Shown here: one piece after another, positions 20,867-31,264 of the stretch
Position numbering within the stretch: the first letter of the stretch is position 1
Layout of the letters: each line of letters opens with the position of its first letter
Assembly: GCF_000007005.1 (NCBI RefSeq)
Contig: NC_002754.1
Length of the DNA stretch: 64,000 nucleotides
Source: Saccharolobus solfataricus P2
Lineage (GTDB): Archaea > Thermoproteota > Thermoprotei_A > Sulfolobales > Sulfolobaceae
Reading direction: 5' to 3' (one strand)
Position numbers and translations under genes: made by a program
The notes under the pieces: generated by a model
Seen by the model: only the letters and a program-made list of their open reading frames with translations
Database searches by the model: none
What the model was told of the DNA's origin: nothing

Positions 20867-21589
20867 ATGATAAAAATAGGTACATGTGGATTTACGAGAA
20901 AGCATTTCAATTATTTTGATGTTCTTGAGGTCCAAGAGACTTTTTACAACTTCTTATCAGAAGAAAGGCTAAATAAATTGAAGGAACTTTCTATACGGAA
21001 TAAAGTTGAGCTAACTATTAAGGCTAATCAGATAATTACACATGAATATAATAGAATTACATATAAGAGATTTAAGAAAATTATTGGGGACGTCAAAAAC
21101 TACGGATATTTTAGACCAACTAAAGAAGTTATGCAAGCTCTGGAAATCACATTAAATGAAGCAAAATTTTTAAATTCTAGGATTATAATATTTCAGACAC
21201 CTCCATCCTTTGCACCAAATAATGAAAACATAAAAAATCTTAAAGACTTTTTCAGTATTCTAGATAAATCATTTATCTATGGTTGGGAGCCTAGAGGAGA
21301 ATGGAATCAAAATCATGAAGTTCTGCTTAAAATATTTTCTCAAATTGATGTAATTCACGTAGTAGATCCATTCAAAAACAAGTCAGTAGATGATAAGCAA
21401 ATTAGATATTTTCGACTTCACGGTTTAGGATCCAGCGAAGTTAATTATAGATATAAATACACTAAGGCTGATTTGGAGAAACTAAAGGAATATGTGTTAT
21501 CTGAAAGGAAAGAGCTAATTTACGTCCTTTTCAATAACGTTTACTCGTTTGATGACGCTTTAAGTTTTAAAAGGATGATTGAAGGATAG
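20867..21589 (+). CDS. DUF72 (YecE-like) TIM-barrel protein
   Basis: IKIGTCGF, EVQETFY, FQTPPSF, WEPRG, YFRLHG and FNN motifs. Confidence 0.88.
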   Translation: MIKIGTCGFTRKHFNYFDVLEVQETFYNFLSEERLNKLKELSIRNKVELTIKANQIITHEYNRITYKRFKKIIGDVKNYGYFRPTKEVMQALEITLNEAKFLNSRIIIFQTPPSFAPNNENIKNLKDFFSILDKSFIYGWEPRGEWNQNHEVLLKIFSQIDVIHVVDPFKNKSVDDKQIRYFRLHGLGSSEVNYRYKYTKADLEKLKEYVLSERKELIYVLFNNVYSFDDALSFKRMIEG

Positions 21590-21597
21590 TCTAATAA

Positions 21598-22158
21598 ATG
21601 TTACTCACTTACTTGGGCTTAGGAATTATTCTTGGTTTATCCATGGCTGCACCTCCCGGACCGGTTAATGCAATGATCGCAAATGAGTCTATGAAATCGT
21701 GGCTTCATGGAAGTAGTATTGGGGCGGGAGCAATGACAGCTGATTTAATTTTCTTTATAATAGTTTACTTCATTCAAGGATACATCCCTACACCAATTAG
21801 AAATGCCCTATATATAATAGGTGGTATTTTCATGTTATATTTATCGTACTTAACAATTAGAGCTAAAATGCCTTCTAAGTCCATAAAAGGAAATTATTTC
21901 ATAGGACTTTCCATGGGTTTAACTAATCCATACCAAATAAGTTGGTGGATTACTGTTGGAATTTCCATTATCAGGTCCCTTTCAATTTTAATAATACCGG
22001 GATTTTTTGTTGGTATACTAATATGGATAATAGCTTTTCCGAAGGCAGTAAATATGTTAGGATCAAAATACGTCAAGTATGTAAAGGTAATTTCATCTGT
22101 AATATTAGTCATATTCGGTGTCTACTTATTATACGAGGGTATTCTAAATGTTATCTAA
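21598..22158 (+). CDS. LysE-family translocator
   Basis: [14 protein letters not shown] and [11 protein letters not shown] motifs; about 6 TM segments. Confidence 0.88.
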   Translation: MLLTYLGLGIILGLSMAAPPGPVNAMIANESMKSWLHGSSIGAGAMTADLIFFIIVYFIQGYIPTPIRNALYIIGGIFMLYLSYLTIRAKMPSKSIKGNYFIGLSMGLTNPYQISWWITVGISIIRSLSILIIPGFFVGILIWIIAFPKAVNMLGSKYVKYVKVISSVILVIFGVYLLYEGILNVI

Positions 22159-22873
22159 GCAGGAAATAAGAGAATTAATATGGAGAAAATTAGAGGAGGG
22201 AAATATAGCACTGTTTCCGAGGCCAGTTTACGGTAGGATTCCTAATTTTAAAGGAGCCGAAGAAGCTGCTTTAAACTTAGTAAAGTGTAAAGAGTTCGAA
22301 AACGCCGAAATAATTAAGGTTAACCCTGATTCCCCACAATATAAGGTAAGAGAAATTGCGTTGAGACATAAGAAAAAGGTTCTAGTCCCTACTCCTAGAT
22401 TAAGAGGAGACTTCTTTTTATTAGATCCTTCTAGAATTTCACCTTCTGATATACCAAGAGCTTCTAGAATATCCGGCTTTGAAAAATATGGAATAAGGAT
22501 AAGTTTAGAAGATATAGTGAGGGTTGATTTCATGGTAGCTGGATCTGTGGCTGTTGACATAAATGGAAATAGGGTTGGCAAAGGTGAAGGATATAGTGAG
22601 TTGGAGTTTGCAATTTTAAGGGAGCTTGGTAAGGTAGATGAGAATACCCCTATTGCAACTACTGTTCATGATGTACAAATAGTTGATGAGATACCCTCAG
22701 AACCTTTTGATGTACCAGTTGATATAATTGCAACTCCCTCTAGGCTTATAAGGGTTAATAGGAAAAGAGAAAAACCAAAGGGAATTTACTTAGAATATTT
22801 AAGTAAGCAAAAAATAGATAATACACCTTTGTTGAGGGAATACTTAAAGAAAAGAGGATATAATAGTATGTAA
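22148..22873 (+). CDS. 5-formyltetrahydrofolate cyclo-ligase family (MTHFSD-like)
   Basis: [25 protein letters not shown] and DVPVD motifs. Confidence 0.85.
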   Translation: MLSKQEIRELIWRKLEEGNIALFPRPVYGRIPNFKGAEEAALNLVKCKEFENAEIIKVNPDSPQYKVREIALRHKKKVLVPTPRLRGDFFLLDPSRISPSDIPRASRISGFEKYGIRISLEDIVRVDFMVAGSVAVDINGNRVGKGEGYSELEFAILRELGKVDENTPIATTVHDVQIVDEIPSEPFDVPVDIIATPSRLIRVNRKREKPKGIYLEYLSKQKIDNTPLLREYLKKRGYNSM

Positions 22874-23194
22874 ATCTTTACAAGTTTCTTCTGATCTTTT
22901 AATAAGTTTTTTCTTTAGCTCCTCTTTATTGATACGGTATAAGAACTTTGGTCTTCCTCCTCTACTCACACTAGTTTTCTCTTTTTCTACTAATCCAGCA
23001 TCAGCTAACTTCTTTAGTATTAGACTTGCCCTACTCTTGCTTATTCCTAATTCTCCAGCTATTGCATCTACATCTTTTCCAGTCTCACTACTTACTATCT
23101 TTATGAAGGCATCTACATCTGCCTCTGATAGACCATAGGCTACTATTAAGAACCTTTTCAATAAAAAACTTTTTTCGCTAATTTCAATACTCAA
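22844..23194 (-). CDS. smj12: Lrs14-family winged-helix DNA-binding protein (Smj12/AbfR1 type)
   Basis: [39 protein letters not shown]; 116 aa. Symbol assigned from memory. Confidence 0.75.
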   Translation of the reverse strand: MSIEISEKSFLLKRFLIVAYGLSEADVDAFIKIVSSETGKDVDAIAGELGISKSRASLILKKLADAGLVEKEKTSVSRGGRPKFLYRINKEELKKKLIKRSEETCKDLHTIISSFL

Positions 23195-23292
23195 TAAACT
23201 TTCACCAATCTTTATTTAATATTTTTTTATTTTTAAGTTTTTCCTTCATTAACCCTCAATTTTTTATTTGCATTTATATAATAAATATTATC

Positions 23293-23511
23293 ATGAGTGC
23301 AGAGTTAAAACGCAAAATAATTGACATCGTATCTAAAGGTGATAAAACGTCCACACAAATAAGGGATGAACTAATTCAAATGGGGGAGGAGATTAATTTA
23401 TTGGAATTTAGAAAAGTTCTAGCGAATTTAGTTAGAGAAGGACTATTAGAAAAATATCCAGTTTATAATGAAAGGAAATTTTATTTTCGACTTAAGTCAA
23501 AAAGCTATTGA
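23293..23511 (+). CDS. Small winged-helix protein
   Basis: 72 aa; EFRKVLANLVREGLLEK followed by a beta-wing. Confidence 0.7.
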   Translation: MSAELKRKIIDIVSKGDKTSTQIRDELIQMGEEINLLEFRKVLANLVREGLLEKYPVYNERKFYFRLKSKSY

Positions 23512-24395
23512 TTGGATTCAACAATTTTAATTACTTTGTCAGCTATATTTAAGAATTCTTTAGAAGTTGGACTGTCTGGATGTTTCAAAAAGAAGGGTTC
23601 TCCAGCATCATTAGCTTCTGCTATGGAAGGATCAAGAGGAACTTGACCTAAAAGGTCTACTCCCATTTCCTCTGCCATTTTCTTACCTTTACCTTCTCCA
23701 AATATATAATAGACTTTCCCATCACTTGGGCATACAAAATGGCTCATATTTTCAACTACACCTAATATTTTTGTGTTTACAGTTCTAGCGAAATTTATTG
23801 ATTTCTTAACAGCTAATGTGGAAACTTCAGATGGTATTGTAACGATAACAAATCCTGTAATGCCAGGAACTAATTGAGCAATGGACAAAGCTTCATCTCC
23901 AGTCCCTGGGGGCATATCTATTATCAGATAGTCCAATTCTCCCCAATTAACGTCACCTAGGAATTGTTTTATCGCTGAATGTTTTATGGCTCCTCTCCAT
24001 ACTACTGGCGTATCGTCTCTAGGTAATAGAAAATCTATGGAAACAACTTTTATTCCGAAAGGCCCTATAACTGGATTTATTCCCTTATCATCGGCAGTTA
24101 ACATTTGTCCTCTAACGCCTAACATTTTTGGCACTGATGGTCCATGGAAATCAACATCTACTATACCTACTTTTCTACCGCTCGCAGCTATAGCCATTGC
24201 TAGGTTAGATGAGACAAATGATTTACCAACTCCACCTTTTCCACTAACTACTCCAATCTTATATTTTATATTTTTCATCTTCATTTGTACTTTTAGATCA
24301 ACAGCTTGAACTTGTTGGTTAACCTTTCTTAAATCACGAGGCTGTCTTTGAGGTTGTGGCTGAGGATTTTGAATTCTAAAAGGATTACTGCTCAT
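23505..24395 (-). CDS. apbC: Mrp/ApbC/Nbp35 Fe-S cluster carrier ATPase
   Basis: SGKGGVGKS, VVWRG, DMPPGTGD and ENMS..VCPSD motifs. Confidence 0.93.
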   Translation of the reverse strand: MSSNPFRIQNPQPQPQRQPRDLRKVNQQVQAVDLKVQMKMKNIKYKIGVVSGKGGVGKSFVSSNLAMAIAASGRKVGIVDVDFHGPSVPKMLGVRGQMLTADDKGINPVIGPFGIKVVSIDFLLPRDDTPVVWRGAIKHSAIKQFLGDVNWGELDYLIIDMPPGTGDEALSIAQLVPGITGFVIVTIPSEVSTLAVKKSINFARTVNTKILGVVENMSHFVCPSDGKVYYIFGEGKGKKMAEEMGVDLLGQVPLDPSIAEANDAGEPFFLKHPDSPTSKEFLNIADKVIKIVESNQ

Positions 24396-24959
24396 CTAGA
24401 TATCATTCTCATAGGAGCTAATAATCTTATCTAATTCCTCTAAAAATCTTTGTACTTTTGTATCAACTAACCATTCTATTGGTCCATCACATTGTTTATT
24501 TAGTATTTTATTTAATATTTGTTCTGTACTCATTTCTGTGGTATCTACTTCACACACCTTATCCTTAAAGGCTTCTCTAGCCTCTTGTGAGATCACTCCT
24601 AGAATTTCTGCCTCCACGTTCTCAGCTACTTTTATATCAGCCCAACCCCTTCCTTTTAGTTCATTATATAGAGAAAAAGGATTCTTCCTAAGGACAACTA
24701 CTAAGTCAGCGGTAGATACCAATGAAGGGTATATAGTTTCAATCACGAGATGGCTAGTTGAAATAATTTTCTCTAATTCTTCCTTTACTTTATCCTCGTC
24801 TATTATATAACTTTGCCTAAGTTCATCATATTCCGTATAAAGTTTATTTTCTATAACAAATTGGGAAAGAGAAAGATAGTTTAGATTAAGCGCCTCAGAA
24901 AGTTTCTTTGAAGCTACGGTTTTTCCCACACCGGGTGTGCCAGTCACTATTATTATCAT
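24396..24959 (-). CDS. Atypical adenylate kinase (AK6/Fap7/hCINAP family)
   Basis: [10 protein letters not shown]-loop and [12 protein letters not shown] motif. Confidence 0.85.
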
Positions 24960-25120
24960 TGCTTCACTGCTAATATCGTTTCAATTGCAAATAAAACTAT
25001 TGAAATCCCAACAAGGGTTATCTTCACAGCTCTATCTGCCTCACTTTTGATAATTTCATACAAACCGTATGGGAGCATTAAGAATCCTATAATTAATAGT
25101 ATTTCCTCTACTAATATCAT
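24956..25120 (-). CDS. 54-aa two-TM membrane protein; absent from ORF track
   Basis: [54 protein letters not shown]. Starts 2 nt after the rhomboid stop; ATGA overlap with the AK6 gene. Confidence 0.75.
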
Positions 25121-25122
25121 AA

Positions 25123-25707
25123 TTATTTTATTGTCCTTCCACTCCTTATAAGGTAATAGACAACTGCGTACATAATACCTCCCAAAATACCTCCGATATG
25201 AGCAACAACGTTCACATTAGGGAATATTAAATCACTAACTCCAAATACTGATACTAAAAATACAAGACCATAAACCCCTAGATTATCCTTTTTTAAGAAA
25301 TCGTAAAACGTGTAGTAACTTAATAATCCAAATATTCCCCCAGACGCTCCCGAGCTTAGTGTAAAAGGACTATAGAATATTACAGTTAGTAGATTTCCTA
25401 GAATACCAGCTAGGATAAATATACCATATTCATGTTTTCCCGCTCTACTACCAAAAATTAAATATATAACATATAATGAAATAAAATTAAATATAAAATC
25501 AACAAAGCTATTAGTTATAAATATTGATGTGAATAGTTCGGAATAATACCCTTTAATTACTAAGTAGTTTAATTGTTCTAGATAATATAATGAGGTAGAA
25601 TCTATAAAAGTTGCTAATAAACCTACCATAAAACCCAAAGTAACAAGAAACATTAAGAAAAAAGTTGATATACCTATTATTTTTTTTATTATCACTTTAT
25701 TCACCAT
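25123..25707 (-). CDS. Rhomboid intramembrane serine protease
   Basis: SGASGG catalytic Ser motif and AHIGG catalytic His; start refined to MVNKV. Confidence 0.9.
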   Translation of the reverse strand: MVNKVIIKKIIGISTFFLMFLVTLGFMVGLLATFIDSTSLYYLEQLNYLVIKGYYSELFTSIFITNSFVDFIFNFISLYVIYLIFGSRAGKHEYGIFILAGILGNLLTVIFYSPFTLSSGASGGIFGLLSYYTFYDFLKKDNLGVYGLVFLVSVFGVSDLIFPNVNVVAHIGGILGGIMYAVVYYLIRSGRTIK

Positions 25708-26309
25708 TATAGAAATGTTAGTGCGAATGCAATGATTATCAATACTGCCCACACTATCATGTTCCATCTAAAGATCTTTAATCCGTCTAAAACCCAGAAT
25801 GGAAGCAAGTTAAAGAATGCTACCCAGAAGTTAAACCTAGCTAATTCAAAGAAAAATAAGCCAACAAGGCTAAAAGGCACTAACGATGCACCAATAAGGC
25901 CAACAAATCCTACTATTATGTTAGTTAGAGGTCCAGCTAGAGCTGTTTTTCCCTCAACGTCTCTATTAAGAAGGCCACAAGATATTGATGTGTATCCCGA
26001 AAAGAAAACTAAGATACCTACGAAGCTACCAATTATATTCAGTATTAACGTTGTCCAAAACCCTGAAAAACTTAAAGTAAATCTAGAGAAACAACCATAT
26101 CTTCTCGCAGCTTGTCTGTGGCCTATTTCATGTGGTATTATAGCTAATAATGCTACGATATATGGTATGATTATACTACCTATTGGATCTGAAAGTATTG
26201 ATGTTGGGCGTATATAAGCTACTGCTAAAGATAAGGCAGCAAGTAAAAAGGAAGTGATCTCATTTAGGTTGGCGAATCTCCATTCTAAGTATCTTATATC
26301 CCAAGACAT
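25707..26309 (-). CDS. Site-2 protease-like (M50) intramembrane Zn metalloprotease
   Basis: HEIGH, AGPLTN and NLLPFWVLDG motifs. Confidence 0.9.
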   Translation of the reverse strand: MSWDIRYLEWRFANLNEITSFLLAALSLAVAYIRPTSILSDPIGSIIIPYIVALLAIIPHEIGHRQAARRYGCFSRFTLSFSGFWTTLILNIIGSFVGILVFFSGYTSISCGLLNRDVEGKTALAGPLTNIIVGFVGLIGASLVPFSLVGLFFFELARFNFWVAFFNLLPFWVLDGLKIFRWNMIVWAVLIIIAFALTFL

Positions 26310-26311
26310 AC

Positions 26312-26935
26312 CTATCTTATTAATCTTAACAACTCTGAGGGTATTAAATTATTGCTTACATATCGAATGTTTGTACTATCTATTTTCCATAATAACGCTT
26401 TTTTGTCATTACTGATGGTTGCCATGTAAATATTTCCACTTAAGTTTATTATCCCTTCAAATATTATGTCAAATAATCTTTTGAAGGAATTAAAGGTATC
26501 AAAGATTACTGATCTATACATAAATGGCATCGTAATTTTTAGACAAATATATCTTTTTGCTAAAATTTCAATTAAGTCCTTAGAGAAATCGTTATAGAGT
26601 TCAGGTCTCAATAACGTTATTTGCGCATTTCCTTCAACGTTTATAATTATAACTAACATTTTTCTTGTCTGATTAGTTGTGGATATCCATATCTCAAATA
26701 TCCTTAGGACGTTCTCACACTCATCACTTATCTTTTTAGCTGGCAAGAAAAAAGAATAAGTTCCATTATTTTGAGTTACAGCATCTATTAGTCCCTCTGC
26801 AAAAAGTTTCGATGAGACCCCTATTAAGGACAATTCCTTTTCAAGCGAAGGATTTAATTCTACTACATGCCCATCACTTGTAAGTACCTTTCTCCCTATA
26901 CCTTGTAGGTAATCTACAGTGACTTCGAATCTCAC
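26312..26935 (-). CDS. Hypothetical soluble protein
   Basis: 207 aa ORF ending 2 nt before the S2P start. Confidence 0.7.
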   Translation of the reverse strand: MRFEVTVDYLQGIGRKVLTSDGHVVELNPSLEKELSLIGVSSKLFAEGLIDAVTQNNGTYSFFLPAKKISDECENVLRIFEIWISTTNQTRKMLVIIINVEGNAQITLLRPELYNDFSKDLIEILAKRYICLKITMPFMYRSVIFDTFNSFKRLFDIIFEGIINLSGNIYMATISNDKKALLWKIDSTNIRYVSNNLIPSELLRLIR

Positions 26936-26954
26936 AAAAATAAAATAGTGTACA

Positions 26955-27113
26955 TTAAACTTTTATATATTTTGCGTATATCTCTGCATTTAATTCCATG
27001 TTCTTTGCCAATACTTTTTCGAGTACTTGTTTATCCTCAGCGGATGGATTATAATTCTTTATGATAGATTCGATTTGTTCCAACAGCCTTAATACATCTT
27101 GTATACTTTCCAT
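26955..27113 (-). CDS. 52-aa helical hypothetical protein; absent from ORF track
   Basis: MESIQDVLRLLEQIESIIKNYNPSAEDKQVLEKVLAKNMELNAEIYAKYIKV*; fills the gap before the MMPL gene. Confidence 0.55.
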   Translation of the reverse strand: MESIQDVLRLLEQIESIIKNYNPSAEDKQVLEKVLAKNMELNAEIYAKYIKV

Positions 27114-27140
27114 GATTTTACTTTATGCTTAATCTAAAAA

Positions 27141-29654
27141 ATGGTTACCAATGTAAAATTGGTATTTCCACAATACTTTTTACTGTATATAAAGTCTAGG
27201 AATAATGTGAAGAATGGCCTTGTATCGTTGGTATTATGGTTATTACTGATTATGATATTATTGCATTTTGCAATTAAAACTCCTAGTTTATTTACGTATT
27301 CGGATTCCCCATTCTTGTCAAGCAGCGTACAAAGTGTAAGGGCTGATAAGATAGTAACCAATTACTTTCACATTGGCAACGTTGATAATCTGTATATTAT
27401 TATCAATTCCTCGTCTTATAACCAAGCTTTACAAGAAATTTATTCTAATTTATATCTCCTTAATAACGCTACGGTGATAACTCCCAACGGTTACGTTAGC
27501 ATGCTTAAGACAGAGTATCTCAGCTACCTTGGCTTAAATGAGAAGAATTTCTCATCTACGATAAGCCAGTTGTATGAGAATTTGACTCGTTTGAAACTTT
27601 ATTTAATTTCAAATTTTCAATACTTTGAATATCAGTTAAATATTACATTTGGTCTTCCACTTCATAATTTCACTAGTAACATATGCCCTACCTATAAGGA
27701 AAATTTTGATAAAGTTAATGGAAGTTTACTAGAGAAAGCTAGATATGCGGGATACTTAACCTTTAAAGATCCATTTCTTTTCTACTTTGGATTTAATAAT
27801 TACACTAATTACACTTTGGCATTAAAGTTTTTGATACAGTTTAATAACTACACTAGTCTAATCGAAAGGATACTTAAAACTCAAAACATAACGTCTGTTA
27901 ATGAAAGCAATGTGATTTTTAATAATATAACTACAGCCTTTAACTCATCCTTTCATAAGGGTACTTTATGGCTTTTCATTATAAATGTTCCTAGCAATGA
28001 AAGCCTAACAAATATTAATCAATTTACTGAAAGTCTCAGAAACGCCTATGTAATAGGTCACCTAGCGTATTATGCACAATCCGCATATTATACTCAAAGT
28101 AACGTTGAAATTATAGATATAACTACAATTATTCTTGTAATGATATTACTAATACTGTTAGTTAGATCAATTGTTCCAATTCTGATTTTAATATCTAGTG
28201 CTGGTACTAGTCTTTTATTAGCTTATGGTCTCATGTACATGGAAACGCTTCTAGGTTATAAGATATATTATATTTCGGGTTTGGTTGCACCTCCAATTGT
28301 ATTTGGTCTTAACATTGACTATGGCATATTACTCATATATAGATATTTTGAAGAAATTAATAAAAATAATTTAGATGCTCTCCTATATGCGCTTAAAAAT
28401 TCAATAAAAGGTATACTATTAAGTGGTATTAGTATCACGATTGGGTTCTCCAGTTTTATCCTTTCCCCTTCTGCACTACTTCAAAACATAGGAATAGCGT
28501 TAGTGACATCTTCCATTTCAGCATTAATACCAGCAGTTTTCTTTACGTACACGTTATTGCTCTTAATCCCTCAAAGATATCTTAGTTTTCCTAGACGAAA
28601 ATTACCGAGTATTACGGATATAAGGCAAAGGTACTTATATAAGCTTTCCAACTTTGCAGTAAGGCACAATAAGTTATTAGTAATTCTTATGCTAGTTTCT
28701 ATCGTTATCTTTATCTTTTATTTTCCTTCTATACACACCAACGTTAATATAGATGAAATATTACCTCCCCATGCAAATTCACTTGTAGGTACAAAGGTTC
28801 TTAATCAACTTTACAATTATAGTATAGACTATATTATATTGTATGGAAGCCCTAAGGCTAACTACACTCTCATTTATAATTTAACTAAAACTCTTATAGA
28901 TCAAGGTAACTTAGTTTATGGACCAATGTCCTTAGGTTCTCAGATCATTGTCAATAATAGCAACTTATATGATCACTTTCATCAAGGAAATTACACCTTG
29001 TTGATAATTTACCTAAAGTACCCTGTATTTAGCAATGGCGCTATAAATTTAACAAATTGGCTCATAAGCAAGGGATTCCTAGTTGGAGGGGATAACGCAC
29101 AAAGAATAGATATCGTTAATAATACCGTTAGTACTTATTTTAGCTATACTTTACCACTTACTATAATTTTAATTGTCATTTACCTCTTCATGATTCTCGG
29201 ATCTATTCTACTTCCCTTGAGGTTATCCTTAACTGTAGGTCTAAGCTCATTATTGGGAGCATTTACAGTGGCATTAGTATATAACTCGCCATATTGGCTA
29301 TCCCCACTTGTAATTTTTGCCCTTCTTTTCAGTTTAGGTATAGACTATGATATGTTCATAATCATAAGATTATTTGATGAGATGAAAAACGACGATGACA
29401 TAAATAGTGCTATAGTAAGATCGGTAGAAAATACTGGATTAGTAGTAACTACTTGTGGTTTGATTTTAGCCGGAGCCTTTTTCTCATTGATGGTGGCAAA
29501 TATGAGATTCTTACAAGAAATAGGTCTAGGTGTAGGAGTCTCAATACTGTTTGATACTTTTGTAGTTAGGCCTATTCTAGTACCTGCAATTATTTCAATT
29601 CTGAAAAAATATAATTTTTGGCCATTTAAGGCGAGAAAATTTCTTTATACTTAA
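27141..29654 (+). CDS. MMPL/RND-family transporter
   Basis: Two halves with GLNIDYGILLIYRY and GIDYDMFIIIRL motifs, TGLVVTTCGLILAG, and a large N-glycosylatable extracellular loop. Confidence 0.9.
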   Translation: MVTNVKLVFPQYFLLYIKSRNNVKNGLVSLVLWLLLIMILLHFAIKTPSLFTYSDSPFLSSSVQSVRADKIVTNYFHIGNVDNLYIIINSSSYNQALQEIYSNLYLLNNATVITPNGYVSMLKTEYLSYLGLNEKNFSSTISQLYENLTRLKLYLISNFQYFEYQLNITFGLPLHNFTSNICPTYKENFDKVNGSLLEKARYAGYLTFKDPFLFYFGFNNYTNYTLALKFLIQFNNYTSLIERILKTQNITSVNESNVIFNNITTAFNSSFHKGTLWLFIINVPSNESLTNINQFTESLRNAYVIGHLAYYAQSAYYTQSNVEIIDITTIILVMILLILLVRSIVPILILISSAGTSLLLAYGLMYMETLLGYKIYYISGLVAPPIVFGLNIDYGILLIYRYFEEINKNNLDALLYALKNSIKGILLSGISITIGFSSFILSPSALLQNIGIALVTSSISALIPAVFFTYTLLLLIPQRYLSFPRRKLPSITDIRQRYLYKLSNFAVRHNKLLVILMLVSIVIFIFYFPSIHTNVNIDEILPPHANSLVGTKVLNQLYNYSIDYIILYGSPKANYTLIYNLTKTLIDQGNLVYGPMSLGSQIIVNNSNLYDHFHQGNYTLLIIYLKYPVFSNGAINLTNWLISKGFLVGGDNAQRIDIVNNTVSTYFSYTLPLTIILIVIYLFMILGSILLPLRLSLTVGLSSLLGAFTVALVYNSPYWLSPLVIFALLFSLGIDYDMFIIIRLFDEMKNDDDINSAIVRSVENTGLVVTTCGLILAGAFFSLMVANMRFLQEIGLGVGVSILFDTFVVRPILVPAIISILKKYNFWPFKARKFLYT

Positions 29655-30546
29655 CTGATATATTTATAATCTTTTTTACAACATCTAATGGATCTCTGCC
29701 AAAAACATAAGTGTTGGCCTCAATACCAGTACCGCCCAAATGTATTACCACATCTGTACCTTCATCAAATACTGCAGCTATTGTTTCGGCTATTCTTTCA
29801 TTGCCTAGGTCGTTCTGAGGACCTACTTTCTTAAATTTATAGCCAATTTCCTTCAATATCATTTCCACTTTCTCATCATACTTGATATTCATAACTGACC
29901 TCACAGCGGGATGATTTTTCATCACTGATAATAGTACCTTAGCTAAATGCTTGCTTCCTCCCCACATTGGTTTAGAAGCAGGTGTTGGTAGGTTTCTAAT
30001 TTTAGTTATTCTCCCTGGAATTGCAAGCACATCTTCTTCCCTCTTAGCGTTGGCTTTTGCAAAGGCTAAATTGCTTAGAACTTCTGGGATTAATTCCGCT
30101 ACAGACTCGTTTTGAAGCATTGATAGTGCAAGTTCCATCATTTCCTCTTCATTCTCCTTGTACAAACTTTTACAAATGTCGCAATCAACAGGAATTTCAC
30201 TATCAATCATTTTGTGGTATTTACAGAATTTTAGCCTACTTAAATTGGAAAGGAAAAACACACTGATATATTGCATTACTTGTTTAGGGTCACCATTTAT
30301 TAGTAATTGCGTAAGTTTATCTAGAAAATCGTCTATTTCTTCACGTGTTAATCCCAAATTCTGTAATCTTTTAATGTACGAATTTTCGTCTTCATCTAAG
30401 TATTGTTTCACTGCTGGTTGGCTAACTCCTAATAGATTAGCAATTCTCGTTTGACTCATATGTAGTTCCCTAAGTCTTTTAGCCTCTAATACCCTAATTG
30501 ATGTTATGAATATGTCATCAAATATTGATAGTGGTGATTTTAGCAC
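29626..30546 (-). CDS. HTH + ThiN-domain protein (ThiR-like thiamine regulator)
   Basis: [22 protein letters not shown], then a ThiN-like domain (LIPEV.SN, IPGRI, GGSKHLA, RSVMNIKY). Confidence 0.8.
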   Translation of the reverse strand: MLKSPLSIFDDIFITSIRVLEAKRLRELHMSQTRIANLLGVSQPAVKQYLDEDENSYIKRLQNLGLTREEIDDFLDKLTQLLINGDPKQVMQYISVFFLSNLSRLKFCKYHKMIDSEIPVDCDICKSLYKENEEEMMELALSMLQNESVAELIPEVLSNLAFAKANAKREEDVLAIPGRITKIRNLPTPASKPMWGGSKHLAKVLLSVMKNHPAVRSVMNIKYDEKVEMILKEIGYKFKKVGPQNDLGNERIAETIAAVFDEGTDVVIHLGGTGIEANTYVFGRDPLDVVKKIINISVKYKEIFSP

Positions 30547-31264
30547 AATAGTAAGATTGAGATCAAACAAAAATTACTTTCTGAATAGAGAGTTAACGTT
30601 TGCCGCAATTGATGGAACCTTCTCTGACATTATTTTGGAAGGAGAGAAAGGAGGTTATATAGTAATAGGCATAATCAAAGGCAGAATATTTAAGGATTTT
30701 AAATTTACTATAGAAGATATTTCAGTTGATGATGAGCTGTGCATTTGTGAAGCAGAGAAGAGAATGAGAGAACTAGAATACTACAATATAAAGGAAAATG
30801 AAGTTGATCTAATATTTTTCGATAGAAAACTGTCATTTGATAAATCTTTAGGTATTTCGGTTCCTAAAAATTCCATTGGAATTGTAAAGGATTTTGATAT
30901 AGTAAAAAGAGAAAATTTGAACAATGTAGAAAACCCCCCTTGGCTAGTAATTAATGAAAAACATGATGAAACGATTTATGGATATTTTAAACTGTTTCCC
31001 TCCTCATGGGTATTCTACATAGAGTCTCAAGTTTTTGTAGAAAATCCGGAAGAATTGCTTTCTCTAATCTATAATCTAGGAAGGGAGCCAATACCAGAAG
31101 CTTTAGGGTATAATTATCCATTGTTTTTAGCTGATAAGTTAGTGAAATATTACAGAAATAAATTAAGCAAGTTCATAAATGTCACCAGTTTGCAAAGCAA
31201 TATTAGATACAGAGAATTTAGAAGTTGGATTGAGAGATTAAGAAATGATGGAAAGTATTTTTGA
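30506..31264 (+). CDS. NurA-like nuclease
   Basis: AAIDGT, MRELE, LIFFD and [10 protein letters not shown] motifs; start uncertain because it overlaps the ThiR 5' end. Confidence 0.7.
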   Translation: MNMSSNIDSGDFSTIVRLRSNKNYFLNRELTFAAIDGTFSDIILEGEKGGYIVIGIIKGRIFKDFKFTIEDISVDDELCICEAEKRMRELEYYNIKENEVDLIFFDRKLSFDKSLGISVPKNSIGIVKDFDIVKRENLNNVENPPWLVINEKHDETIYGYFKLFPSSWVFYIESQVFVENPEELLSLIYNLGREPIPEALGYNYPLFLADKLVKYYRNKLSKFINVTSLQSNIRYREFRSWIERLRNDGKYF

